Below, piece by piece: positions 23,411-36,967 of a stretch of 64,000 bases of DNA (within the stretch, counting starts at the first letter, position 1; each line of letters begins with the position of its first letter). The stretch is from Magallana gigas. Lineage: Eukaryota. A program made the position numbers and the translations under genes. The notes beneath the pieces were generated by a model. It made no database searches and was not told the DNA's origin. It saw only the letters and a program-made list of their open reading frames with translations. The stretch lies in NCBI RefSeq assembly GCF_963853765.1, contig NC_088861.1, positions 40,548,001 to 40,612,000 on the forward strand. The letters run 5' to 3'.

Positions 23411-25879
23411 TAGTTTAATTCAACCTGTTTTCTACATCGGTAATTCTCTTGTGAGAAGGAATGGTTTACGACCCTACAAAACAACCTATGAATTTATTCT
23501 TACTACTTAAATAACATAATATAACGTCATTACCTTGAACGCATGAACAAAAGCTGCTATTCCAGTCAGTGGACAGAAACATATGGATAGAATCGACAAG
23601 GCAATCAAATTGGAGAATCGCTCAGTCTGAACAACGATCGCTGAAACAGGACGAGCCGGTGCTGTCTAAGAATGCAAAAGTATAAAATATATCACTATCG
23701 GAAGCCATAACTTTCAAAATTGAGAGTTTCATGGACATCAATATTATTATGCATATAGTTTTCCTCGATTTATGTAGGAGCATAAAAGATATTTTGTGAG
23801 ATTTCATACATTTTCTTTTCTGTGAATTTCAAGATTTTAGTAGATGGCAATATGGGCATCAAAATGATGCATTTAGTTGTTGGCTTTTTTTTTCTTCAAA
23901 TAAACGGGAGTATAGAAAACTTTCTTAGATTAAATACATTTCACAATGGTTATGGTGGCCCCTCCATAAAGCCTAAACATCTAACATGTACCAAGGGGCC
24001 ATGAATATCACATGTATATCTAGGCGTCCCTGTTCATTATAACAACTTAACAGTTTCTACCCACATTTTATGGCCAATGAGTTATGGCGGTCATGAATTT
24101 TATTATCTATCTTTTCCATCCTCTGTATAACTCTTTACAACAAATTGGGTCAAGATAGCCCTATAGTACATGTAGTTATAGAGAAGCTCAAATGTTAACG
24201 CACGACGAAACCAGATCGCAATGTCACTCTAGTGAATCAGTTGGACTTAAAACATTTATCAACTTCCTCCTTTACATTAAAGGAATAAAGTTAAGTTTTT
24301 GATTTTTCATTGTAACGTGAATATATTTCCTTCGATTGCTGTAGTATAATTGCGTTTAAGAAACGAGTTGCCTTTACAACGTAATTTAAATCGTTTGGAG
24401 AGGTAACAAAATTGGCACGAGAACATGAAAAATCGATTTTATGATAAGGAAAACTCCTGTCATGTCTTTCAATATGATCTACATAATGTATCCATTAATT
24501 TACTTGGCCAATATTACATGTTCTACAATAGGATTAAGAGGTTAGAACTGACCATTTAATGGCTTAGGCATATAATATTTGCGTAAGTAAGGAGTGTAAA
24601 GGTAAAAAGCTAGTATGATGTTATTTTCGTACAATATATTTGCTTTAAAAACCCACGTCATGTAATGGATATTTATTCCTCATTTATTATAACTACATAT
24701 ATCAATTACTCGTGAATTATCAATATCCAACCAACGTGAACCGCGTTTAAGTGGATCTGCTGAAGCAATACTGAAATTCTACACCTTCTTTAATATGCAT
24801 AGACGAAAGTAACAAAACGCCATAAGCATAAGGAAACAGATATCGACCCAATTACTTATAAACATGTCCTTGAAAAAAACCTGAAAACAACTTAATTAAT
24901 GGCTTAAATCTAAAGTAAATTTTTAAATGCAAATTTAAAGGAAATATTTAAAGAAAGAATTACTTATTTTACCACAATATGTTCATCTGGTTTTGCAATA
25001 GTGTCATCTAGCTTTTGATACTTGAAGCCGGGACATTGACCGTAATTCCTTGTAGACTGTTCATATTCAGGACACTCATTGTCGCTCGCCGGTGGGGGAT
25101 TGTTTCCCTGATTCTCAGTGCCTTCTTGAAAAAAATGGTTGTTCGGACATTGGTCTTCTGAATGAATGTTATTCTGCCTTTCATTTCTCAAACTGGCCTG
25201 ATCGCCAAATTTGTCGGATTCTAGTTCTAAAAACATATATGTTACAGTTCGAAAAGCACCAACTAATACTAAAACATAAGGATTTACAAATTGAATACAC
25301 TATTCGCTATTTTGCTTAAATACTTATCTTAAGCGTTGTGCCCCTATTAATTATTGATTCTTATACTAATAAAAGAAAAAAAGGTTATTTAATTCTCAAG
25401 CAAAATAGAAAAAATCTAACAAAAAATCAAAACTAAAACGAAAGCAGCTTACTTTCGTACGCCTCCTTAGAAGCCATTGTCATCTGTCTGGATAAAATTG
25501 CATGATGTTAAATAAATACAATACTTACGGGTAGACCACGTGTTTGAAATATTTTCCTGTTTATAAAATTTAAGTAAATATTTTCGTGGCAATACAGTTA
25601 TGAGAACATGGAGTTTCAATTCGTTGCCATTCCGAAAAAAAAATAGTGCAAGAATCATTTTTTTAAAACATGAATTACCTTATGTTGGTTGAAACACAAA
25701 CATCAGGTATACATGGGAAATATGTTATCACTAATTGTGAAGATTTCGACTTTTATATTTTCATGTATTATGACAGTGTTTTATTTGGATATGGAGTTTC
25801 ACTTAAATTGAAAGTTTAAACTATGATTATCAACCAGAATTTAAAGCATTCTGCATGCTGTAAAACGAACAGTTAAAAT

Positions 25880-26818
25880 CACAGGGGCCAAGCCCGTTTT
25901 AACATTAATTTCAATGTCACCATAAATAAAGAAAGGGGTCGAACTCTGACCCAAAAAAAAACTACCAGCTCGCTTCAAAAGCCTAATAAGTCAATTAATT
26001 TTTAAAACACTCGCAATATGCATGTATTTTTCAAAAAAGTAATGTCTGAGATACACTCATGCCGAATTTCAAGTTGATGGGTCTTAAAATAGCGGAGATA
26101 TACGTCATTATTCTCTCGAAGTCGCCAGTTTATTTTTACTAGGACATTTACCGGTCCAGGGCTCACGATGGGATTTTGCCTCTGACAACAGCAGTATTGC
26201 AACAAGTCGAGAAACATTCGCACTAATCTTTGAAAATCTTACATCAAATGCACGCTACTTACATACAAAAACTCCGATAAAATTCCTTAAATACTCTCCA
26301 TAATGAACTTTTATTCTGCAGCCACATCAACTTCTGACCAGACCGGCCATTGTGATAGCTAATGATTAACTCAATTTCATTGGTTAATATTCCTGATGGT
26401 CCAATCAGAATCAGTCTTTCTCGAAGACGTTAAAATGGCCGGTCTGGTCAGAAGTTGATGTAAGATTTTCAAAGATTAGTGCGAATGTTTCTCGACTTGT
26501 TGCAATACTGCTGTTGTCAGAGGCAAAATCCCATCGTGAGCCCTGGACCGGTAAATGTCCTAGTAAAAATAAACTGGCGACTTCGAGAGAATAATGACGT
26601 ATATCTCCGCTATTTTAAGACCCATCAACTTGAAATTCGGCATGAGTGTATCTCAGACATTACTTTTTTGAAAAATGCATGCATATTGCGAGTGTTTTAA
26701 AAATTAATTGATTGGCTTTTGAAGCGAGCTGGTAGTTTTTTTTTTGGGTCAGAGTTCGACCCCTTTCTTTATTTATGGTTACATTGAAATTAATGTTAAA
26801 ACGGGCTTGTCCCCTGTG
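25880..26818. mobile_element. Foldback element with 8-bp TSD (hAT- or P-like)
   Basis: Nearly the whole element is an inverted repeat (arms ~385 bp, ~82-bp spacer), termini CACAGGGG/CCCCTGTG. Exact TSD GTTAAAAT at 25872-25879 and 26819-26826. Confidence 0.9.
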
Positions 26819-27535
26819 GTTAAAATATACACATTGACAACAGGAAATAAATTTGAAAAATGCAAAATTGAAACTCCAAAAATACAAACCAGTAATTAAA
26901 AAAAAGCCCCCCCCCCCCCCCTGCAAATTATATTGCGTTGGAAAAAAGTGTGATTTCAATTTAGTCATGGGAAATATTCAGAATGCAAGATTTTTAACAT
27001 GGTTTGCAAAGACAGGGAGGTCTTTACCCTCGGTCGATTTCGAATAATCTTTAGATCAGTATTATTATTTGATTACAAATCATCCCATAACATTTTTTTT
27101 GCATAAGCGAATTCAAAACTTCCTCTGCCCATTTATCACGGATTACTGTCCAATTATCGCTTACAATGACAAGGAATTCCAAAATACGCGATCGGATTTG
27201 ATCTGTGATATCTAGGAAAATGAAGGATGTCCGATTTTTAATCAGTCTACTCTACAGACCGAGTCATCAATTTTTTATTTAAAAGGTACAGTTTTTGGTC
27301 ATTTTGTGAATCAACTAGTGTATCCTGATGAAAATTGCGGCATTTGAATAAATTCGATACAAACATTCTGAACTCCATTTCGAAGAGTTTTTTTAATTAT
27401 CATAAGCGGATAATAAATAATATACATTTAAATACAAAAAAGTGAATGAATTGCAAAAAAGAGGCTGGAGGAATGTGGCATTTGGCTGTATGAACTTTTG
27501 TATTGTATTGTTGATTTGTTAACAGTTCATAGATA

Positions 27536-28589
27536 CGAGGGTTGTTAGAAAAGTTCGATTGTGAGCGGACTATTCGCATGATACCAGCGAATCTTTTCAT
27601 ATTAAATCTTGACGTATTTTCCAAGAAATATATAAAGATTTGTTCATTTTAAATGCACTTTAAAAAATATACCGATTAATTAATTTGATAAGAAATGCTT
27701 TACGGAACATGTCAGTTTTTAATTGTTTTATATTTTGAACGCATTTTTTTTATTAAAAAAATGTACAAGTCAAGCGCATAAAAATAAACAGAATTTCATA
27801 TAAGATCCCAATAAGTTATGAAGGTCATTTTGTGAAAGTTTCAATTAAATTGAAGAATTCCTGACCGTTTTATCGCCAAATATGGACAACCAACGCTAGA
27901 AAAATGAGTCAAAAACGTTAATGTAAATGGACACATTGGAGCACCGGGCCGTCATAAAATTTTGTGTGCACGTAGAAAAATCTCCGATGGAGACCAAAAG
28001 GTTCTTAGATGCTGATACTTTTACAGAAAAAAAGGTTTACAATTAGAACCATAATTGGAATTGAAGGTTTAAAAATGGAAATACTGATATATTGAGCTCT
28101 TGCAGCACCCCGACTCCCCATACAGCCTGGATCTGGCACCTATGGATTTCGCTTTATTTCCTTCTCTGAAGTCGAAACTGCGTGAACAGAGATTTTCTGA
28201 CCTAAATGATTTACGATAATCATATGACACAAAAGACATCATACAAAAATTTGACAAATAATGGTGTGAACATGAGTTTTATAAATGGGTTAATGGCATA
28301 AAAAATGTGTGAACTAAAAGGTGTTTTCTTTGAAAAAGAGTGACAGATTTAATTTGCCTTGCAGTAGTTTGACGTCACCTGACGTCGTGGAAATATGAAA
28401 TGATGCTCCGTAAATCCAATTCATGCCAATAAAAATCGCTGTATCTTTTGAAAACAACTTCAAAATCATGTGATTTTGGCATACTTATTTTCAAATGGTA
28501 GTCATTTAATAAAATATACGTCATCCTGCAAAGTACGCAGTAGTTTTGCCGTAAATCACTTTGTCCGCGAACTTTATTAACAACCCTCG
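27536..28589 (+). mobile_element. mariner element, internally deleted and decayed
   Basis: TA|CGAGGGTTGTTAGAAAAGTTCG ... CGAACTTTATTAACAACCCTCG|TA. Residual PYSLDLAPMDFALFPSLKSKLR (YSPDLAPxD motif) at ~28105-28190. Confidence 0.85.
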
Positions 28590-30152
28590 TATATACATAC
28601 ATAATAATATTCATATCAACGGGTCACTTGAAAAAAGGCAAGTTTATACAATCATGTTTTTTTTCTAATGAACATTTAATAGTCCTGAAAAAAAACCGGT
28701 TTTACTTTTAACAAGTTTGTAAGAATTAATGATTCAAAATACCGGAACACATGCCTCTTTGCAAATTCAATATACAGTACCACAATATTATAATATTTGA
28801 GTTTAAAGAATACTTTGATAATGTTAAACTCTATCGAAGTCATTGGAAAAAATAGGATGTAAAAGAATTTTAAAGAATAGAAATAGTTGCAAAAATACCT
28901 TAACAATGCATGAAGTTGCGTCGAAGTTTTTTAAACCAAAAAAAAACCACGTGGCTTCCCGCAATGCGGAAATCGTTACCTTTATCTGAACGAAGGTAAT
29001 AAACAGTGTTGAGCAATATGCATTTTCCTTATTCATCATGAACGATTTTGATACGACGAGCATTATACAATGAAAGGGAAATACAAGTAAGAAATCTACT
29101 GTGTTCAAAACATCTATTATTCACAAAGACCCATCGTAGCTATAGAATCATGCAATAACGATAAGGATCCTTTCAATTTAATTTTCACTGCAGAAAAACT
29201 AAATTGTTGCAATGTGTAAATTTTGTAACAGTGACCTTCGCATACATCCGAACTCGCTTCCACTCGTTTCTTAAAGGTAATACAACGATATTACAACGCC
29301 AGCAAGTCTTATTGACTAGAGTCTTACGCCTACAAACAGCAATTATTCAAGTCATTTAAATTTCTTAAGAGTATACTTCGACATGTCTTCAATCGTAATA
29401 ATTCAGCTTATATCAGTTGCTACAGCATGTTCTGCGAAGAAATTGAGAGGATCTTTTATAATAATGTGTATTGCTATTATTGCTGTGGTATCCGAAATGA
29501 TGCCGGAGAGGATTGAATTGACCAGTTCTTCCCTAATTGTAAGTATGGTTCGATTACATGTATAGCTAACAGAGTATCTCATGTCCAAAAACATGCGATA
29601 CAATTTTATGTGTGACGATGAAGTCTTCTCAAAAATTAAAACAGAAACATGAAATTGTCTTCAAAGTAGTCCAAGTTATTTCTTCCGACACCGGCTACAT
29701 ATATTATATATCATCAACCCATTCCTGGGCATAATTTGAAACAATTATTATTAATACATTGCTATATTAAAACAATATGAGCTGTATTTCATTGAATTTA
29801 TTCTTGCTGCAAAAACCTGTAAGCATGATAAGTCTGCATGTAACTTAAACTTTTATTATATCAACGTTTTGAAAAAGAACATTTAATTTTGTCAGAAAAA
29901 ACATTTCTCTTATAAGAAATATATAGCAGATCAATTTTTGTACAGGACGACAATTATTCAATTTTGCTTCAGTTAAAGCTTCTTAGAGGCTTTTCTCACA
30001 AAAAAAAAACATGGCTTACAAGAATTGAAAAGAGTTTTTCAAAAACTGAAATTGAAAAGAAAAAAGAATTTTCCTGGTCAGTTTAGTAGAAAATAACATT
30101 TTCGTATAAAAAAAAAAAACATTATGAAAGTGCAGCTCATATTGCTTTGAAA

Positions 30153-31375
30153 AGCAAGAGGCCAAATGGGCCACATCGCTTACCTGAGCAACAATGGCTT
30201 TATATGGGCGTTCAAAGGATATTGTGCCATATGGCCCCTCGGTAGATCAACCAAAAATGAATATCCGAATTTTACACTTATTTTTGCATATCCCAATCAC
30301 TATATGAAACGATTAAGAAACATGAGAGAATAAAGGTACATCGTATTTTATTTTTAAAAAATATATGTGAAAGAAGAAAAGTGTACCTCAGTGCATCAGA
30401 ATGAATGCGCTCAATTCCTCAAATTAAAAACAATGAAAAATTTAATTGGCCTTCTCCGTTATAAATGATTGTCGTTTACCAGGCACGAATTCATTTCGTA
30501 TGACGTTTCATATCCTTACTCACTTGACTGATAAATAAACCTAACTGAAAAATATTGTCACATATGTTAAAGAGCTATAATAATTCAAATCAATGTATTG
30601 GCGGGCATTTCTCTCTATTTTACCAAAGCCCACCCTTTTTTCATCGTTATTAAAAACAACAAATGTCTACAAACAAAGATGATTTTCCGTTGCAATAATT
30701 ACTTTTATTCTCATAATAATAATGTGTAACGACTATGGAAACTGTTTAAAAGACATATTTATTTGTGTTCGAAAAACTATCAAATATTTGTGTAAATTGT
30801 ATGCACTTCATTGTTTAAGAAGGGGAATCAGAAAGTAGTTATAGCATATTATCATTAAAGCAAGACATTTCTATTGATCAACCAAAATTTCAGCGTCAAT
30901 CGTAGAATAAGCAAGATACATAGTTTTGTTTGAGTCATGTTTTTGTTCATATGAGTTTCATACTTTCAACTGAAGATTTTTAAACTTGGTATTTCCTATT
31001 CAGCATACCTGCATTAAAAAATATAAATGAACCAAAGTATGACCTCAGCATTGCGTACAAATATACAGTAGCATTGTGCGCAAAGCGCTGTACCTTGCGT
31101 ATAACTCGAAGCTTGACTCTCAGGTGTAAATAGAAATTTGTAAACAATTAAACAAGAGAAAAATTTACTTAAACAAAAAACACAATTTATTTCTCATATA
31201 TATTTACTTAGATATTTCTAGCAGCGAGAATAATCTCCGTTTAGACTAAAATTGCAGAGCATCTTAATAAAACATGTTGCATTAATCAACCATTACGTAG
31301 AGATCGTACCGAATTACATGTACCAATATAATGAATAGTATTTTAAAATATGTTGCTAGTGCATCAGATTTTGTG
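30153..31375. mobile_element. Second, truncated copy of the Helitron/Helentron-type element at 11955
   Basis: GCAAGAGGCCAAATGGGCCACATCGCTTACCTGAGCAACAATGG start and co-linear similarity with 11955-13750. Confidence 0.75.
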
Positions 31376-31377
31376 CG

Positions 31378-34208
31378 GTACATAGAATTTCCGAAATGCC
31401 CGGGATTTACCGAAATGCCCGTTGAAAACACCGAAATGCCCGTCGAAAACAACTAAATGCCCATAATTACGACATAAAGAGTGTATGTCTAGTATTGTAT
31501 ATAGATAATTATTATAATTTTATATAAAGTTAATATTTTTGAAAAAATCAGCCGATTTTCGTGGTTATTGATTAAAATGCAATTCATTGAAGAAAGATTA
31601 TTCTTTCATTAAATTTAGTTTTTAAAGTGTTGATAAAAACCCAATGTAACTAAATCTATATAAATCTTTTTATTAATTTGTTTCTTGTAAATAACAATAA
31701 TTAAATTTATTTTGAATAATTCATTTAAACTGGACATAGATGTTTTCATCTCATTAGTTACAGATTATTGCACTGTGACCAATTATCTACTCAAAATTAC
31801 TTTCACGCTTTCATTAACATAGATCGAATACATTTTGAAAAATTATAAAACAATTTGATGCTCCTAATTAAAGATCTAACATGTTCTGCTTTAATGAAAA
31901 TAATTATTTTGCACTAAAAATAATACCGAACAATTTTTGTCTCCAAATTAATACATTATTAGAGGAAATGGTAGTATTTTATGTATCATTTGAATTCTGT
32001 CTTCGAAAAAGTCAGGATGGCAGGGTCGTATCCTTGCCTTCAATGTAAAACTCAATGTCAAAATGACACAATTAAATGCAGTGATTGTAACAAATGGGTT
32101 CATATACACTGTGTGCCCATATAACCAATCCAACTTGAATTGTTGTCGCAGTCGCATCTATCGTTTCTATGCAGAAATTGCTGTTGTAACCACAACGGAT
32201 TTGATCCGGAGAAGTCCCTTAAAAGGTATTTATACTTTGAATACTTTTTTGTCTTACCTTCAATTAGATTTGCATACATAGATTAAAAAAAATAAAAATG
32301 AAATTGTATATATTCAAATATTAAATAATGTATTTAGTCCTAAGTTTTATCAGTGGTACTTGAATAAGAAGATAAATTCAAATCTAATTAAAGGTAAGAC
32401 AATTAAATAGTTGTAAATAGAATTTGTATATTGGTAACATATTAGTATTTTTTGGTTATGAAAGTTTAATACGCCTGTATCTTATTTGCATAAGCTTATC
32501 TAATGATAAGTTAAGAAATTTATAATTTACGTACAGAATTTGCATATCGTCAACATATTAGTATATTTTTTTTAAGTTTAATAAGCCTGTTTCTTATTTG
32601 CAATAAGTTATGAAATTTACATGTATGACTTCTACTCCTCGTTAAGGTATCATCCATTTCTAGTACATTAGTTTTGATTACTTGCAGAAATTATAAATTA
32701 CATAGAATTAATTTATTTGATAATCACGTTAATTTTAATCTCGAAATCTATCCACGTGTAAATAACTAGAAAGGCATATATAACCATTATCAACGATTGA
32801 TTGGTATAATCTTTTATAAGGAGATAATGGTAACATATGCCTTGCTTACATTTGTAATAACACGTGAATACAGATTTATAGATTACGTGGGTATATCTAC
32901 CCCCTATACACAGCACGTGTCTGCTAAAACATCGAACACCCTCTATTGTATTGTGTATGTTTTATACGGTAACGGAGTGGCACGTGCCGCTAAAACAACA
33001 TATTGCTGCTCTGTTGTCGTTTAGATTGAATTAAAAAATGCATGTTTTATATTTTGTTAAAGACAAAACAATTCATTTTTTTTTCCCTGAGCTTTACAAC
33101 TCGTCGGAGTACAAATTATAATACATATAAAATTATATACGAGAGTATAATCATGTACATATCTCGAAATACGAATGGACACAAATATATGATAAGTAGC
33201 TTAAACTGTAGTATCATTACAATGCTGCGTTCTAATTTTGAAAGCGCTAGACACATATATACTTAAATTATTGAGTTCCTTGGTTTTTTGCAATAAAACT
33301 CTTTATATATTTCTTTCATAATTCAGCGTAAAAAGAACACACAAGTATAAAGTGGAACTCAACTTCTTACTGCATACAATACGTTATCAATCCAATAATC
33401 ACTTTTAAATAAGGAAACACTCAACAAATACTTTAACACAAAGTCATTTGTAGTCCAGTCAGTTTTGTTGATAGAATTGCTGTTCGTAGAGCAAAAAACA
33501 ATTTCTTTTGTCCGCAGTCGTTCAGATGTACACAGTCAATGACGTAGTCTTGCGTGTACTTTATTTTTCTGAGGGGAATTATCGACGCATTCTCCATGAT
33601 AATAAGTTTCTTGTTGATCTTCTTCCGCTGTTCTTCAAATCTTTCATCCGTCATATGTTGTGAAAACTTGAATTTTCCTCTACAAAGGACTTCGCATACA
33701 TAAATTTGATAGATCATGCACACATTTTTCAACACATCCACTAGGTTTACAAAGTTTTTAAAGATTTCGCTTGGCGATGACGTGTCACTAATATCATTTC
33801 CTCCAACGAGGATACAGATTATATCGGGGTTAAAAACTGTAATTTCTTGTATATTTGAGGGAGGGGAGGGGGGGGGGTACACTTTCAGACCGCAGACCTG
33901 GCACACCGAAAAATTGTGTATTGCCTGGAATTTTCATATCACTGCAACAAAACTTGTCGAGTCTAGCTCTGTAGCTGGAACCAAGAAATGCTACTTTTGC
34001 CAGCGACATGATTATTGACTATATGCCTAAAAGTAAGAAACATACAAGGTTTTATGTAAATTTTGATAAGTAATTAGAGTTTTTGACTCATAGAAATTGG
34101 TGAGTTTTATTAAGTAGTTTAGATTGGTAAATGGGTGAGCAAAGCTCTGCCAGCTTTTTTAAAACTTGCAAATACCCGGTATTTGGTTAATTAAATTTCG
34201 AAATTACC
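31378..34208. mobile_element. Putative TIR DNA element enclosing an SGNH hydrolase gene
   Basis: Left end GGTA..AATTTCCGAAATGCCCGGG with CCGAAATGCCCG subterminal repeats; right end CCCGGTATTT...TTTCGAAATTACC. The match is degenerate and no TSD was identified. Confidence 0.4.
33433..34009 (-). CDS. SGNH/GDSL-type hydrolase (~191 aa), frameshifted by one base in a C10 run
   Basis: MSLAKVAFLGSSY (block I), FFGVPG (block II), LVGGNDI (block III), DCVHLN (block V). The ATG at 34009 is one base out of frame with the 33433-33906 ORF; the break falls in the homopolymer near 33870. Confidence 0.75.
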
Positions 34209-34244
34209 TTCAATTAATTTAACACGTTGCCATGAATAAATTGT

Positions 34245-34610
34245 ATTGTATTGTCTATTGGTCAACAGCTGTACAGCTCATAGACATATACAATTAATAT
34301 ACACATGTTACAATACATACACTGGTCACTTGAAAAAGGCAGGTTTATACATGAAGTTCTGATTACAAAAGCATTCTTAATATATTTACCTAAATTGTAC
34401 AAATCTTTTACATTTTGTGTTGACAGTAAAAGAATTAATTTAAAGACAGAGGGTTTAATATGATAAAACTTCCTAAGGAATTTTTCTCTTAAGTTACAGT
34501 AATAGGGACATTTCAATATAAAATGATATTCATCTTCTATATCTAAAGTCCATAGAGGACATACACGTCTTTGTAATGGAACAAGCCAGTTTCGATGGTA
34601 AGACAAGCAG
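34245..34610 (-). mobile_element. 3' fragment of a LINE (CR1/L2-type ORF2 C-terminal zinc finger and tail)
   Basis: RVCPL...IEDEYHFILKCPYYCNLR..FL..Y..KPSVFKLILLL, followed by a (CAATA)n-like tail. Confidence 0.75.
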
Positions 34611-36334
34611 ATGATAATCTTAATTTACATATAAGTTGATTAATGATCAGTCAGTGATTGTTGTAATCGCACCAATTAGCAACAGAAATTGTTTTCTATG
34701 TTCAAACTGTTAAATGTTGAAAATGTAAAAGAACTATGTAATTTTGTTAAATTTATTCACTTAAGCTTGAAAATAGGACAATATTTACTAATGACAAATT
34801 CAATGTTAGTTTAATGACAAGTTTAATGTTTAACAAATGAATATTTTTTTTTCAAAATAAAATAGGATTGGACAGCAGGCATGACCCATTTTTGTCCTCT
34901 CCCTACAATCAAGATCAAGATAACATTGTGAAATTAAATTAAAAATACAAGTTGCTGTCCTTTAAAAAAGGACTACAATACGTGGACCATTTGCAGGTGT
35001 TTCCAACGAAAACGTGAAAGCCTTTAGATTATCAGAGATTCCACCGACTCTAGCGCTCTGCTTTTAACCATTAATTTGTACGTTGTACTACGTATACATT
35101 TATGTATAGCCCTGACATTTTATCTCAGAATTTAAAGGGTTCATACTTCTGAAATAATTATGATCTATCTATGAATGAAGTTTGCATGTATAGTATCATG
35201 CATTCTGTGAATTCTACTATTTGCGCACACATTACGATTCGCACTACTTTGTTAACTATGCAGTGACAGCTTTGTGTAAATTAAAAATTTCATATTTTGA
35301 TGTATTTTTCTTGAGATTTAAACTTTTATGCAGGGACATAATTATTCAATCATACTTAAATGCTTTAAAAAATTTAATCGAGAAGTACTCTAGCCTCGCC
35401 TGCTATAAAAGTAAAGTTAAGTTACATGATTGTGTTTTCGGAAAACAACAAAACATTGCAAATTATGCTATTTGATGCATGTTGTAGTTTCGGCATAACA
35501 TAAACTTATTTCATAATACTGATAGTTCATATCACATGCCAATCATTTCTTTAAAAGGAATACTTTGTTTCTGTACTGTTTACCGACAACATTACAATTA
35601 CAGCGCCTTTGAACTTATGAACACATGGCACGGAATCCCGATCCCGATTCAGAAAAACGTGTGCTAGCCTGGTTCCCTGAGCTAACCATTACGCACAGGA
35701 ACCAGGCTAGCTCATGCGCAGTATGAATTTTCCCCATTGCATCCGGTTTAACCTCGCTTATATATTTTCTAAGTATGGTGAATCGAAATAAGTTCGATGT
35801 TGCACTTATTGCACAGTTAGCTATACAACTTAAGGTTAATAACGAACTGAACATTCATTAATTTGACACCTTACCATAAAATTATGAATAGATGTCAAAT
35901 TCTTTTTCCGTAACTGTTTATAATTTACCTATTTATTTTTAATATCATTTATTATATTACTAATTATTTCAATAAGTTATTATTTTAATAATTTCTTTTG
36001 TAAGAAAATTATACCTTGTATAGCTAATATTACCCGAGCGTGGTATCATAGGGAAACGAAGCGCAAATACACACATCCACACACAGACAGTCAACCATGT
36101 CCAATAAGTTTATTAGTGATATGAAAATCATTTATATATACATATACATTCGCTTTGTAGGCTATCACAAGCACTCACTGGCAACCAAAAAGAGATAAAG
36201 AAATGTGTCCATTCCGAAAAACGTCTACTAGAAACTTATTGCGTACATCTACCTGATGACAATCTCAACGTCTTCGACAAGTCATCTTGTTAAAAAGACG
36301 ATGTTTCTTTGAAAATCTTGAGACACTTTCGTCT

Positions 36335-36967
36335 GGCTTTATTGACCGATATATACCGGCGAAAACGACCGGAGATGGTAATTGCCTTTACCGAGCCGTA
36401 TCCAAAGCCAAAACAGGGAGCTAATTCCACCATGTCCTTCTGCGGCTCCTGACCGTGTTAGAGTTATTAGAACACCGCCCCTATTATGACAGTGACCATC
36501 GAAAACACGTTGACCTGATCAGTGACAACAGGGTCGTCAGCGGAACTTACCAGCAAATCCTTGATAACGCGGTGGACATCAATTCCTATTCGGGAATGAG
36601 CCACATTTATGCGTTGAGTGCCGTCCTAGGAAAACCCATTCGATCGTATTATCCACCCCAGCTCGCAGCCGAATTCGTGTCCGAGCCATACACTAGGAAA
36701 GCAGTCGGTAGAGGTGTAAAGGCAACTGAACCACCCATAGCCACCATAATGTGGACACAGATGCAGCTCTCCAGAGGACAATTAACCCCAACTCATTTTG
36801 TTCCACTTTTGAATGTATTAACATGTACATCAAATAAAAGTTTTTTTGTGATTGACAAATGTGAGGATGTTGCAGATAATTTTGCTTGTGTTGATGAAAG
36901 TGAGGATAATTCAGATAAACAATTCTGGAGTCCAGTCTACTTTGTAAGACCAATAATTTGGTATTAA
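36335..36967 (+). pseudogene. OTU-like cysteine protease (vertnin-like), one in-frame stop
   Basis: TTGDGNCLYRAVS (D-G-N-C) is in frame with YSGMSHIYALSAVLGKPIRSYYP...IMWT...PTHFVPLL, interrupted by TAA at 36422-36424. Confidence 0.75.

Noticed and set aside
24964-25225. Possible minus-strand host exon (ELESDKFGDQ...DEHIV)
   Set aside because: An acceptor is present, but no partner exons or homology could be established.
26002-26700. Duplicated 73-aa ORFs on opposite strands
   Set aside because: A by-product of the foldback inverted repeat, with non-ATG starts and no protein motif.
35665-35709. 45-bp TAGCCTGGTTCC...GGAACCAGGCTA inverted repeat
   Set aside because: Possibly a collapsed Academ-like MITE, but too short and with no clear TSD.
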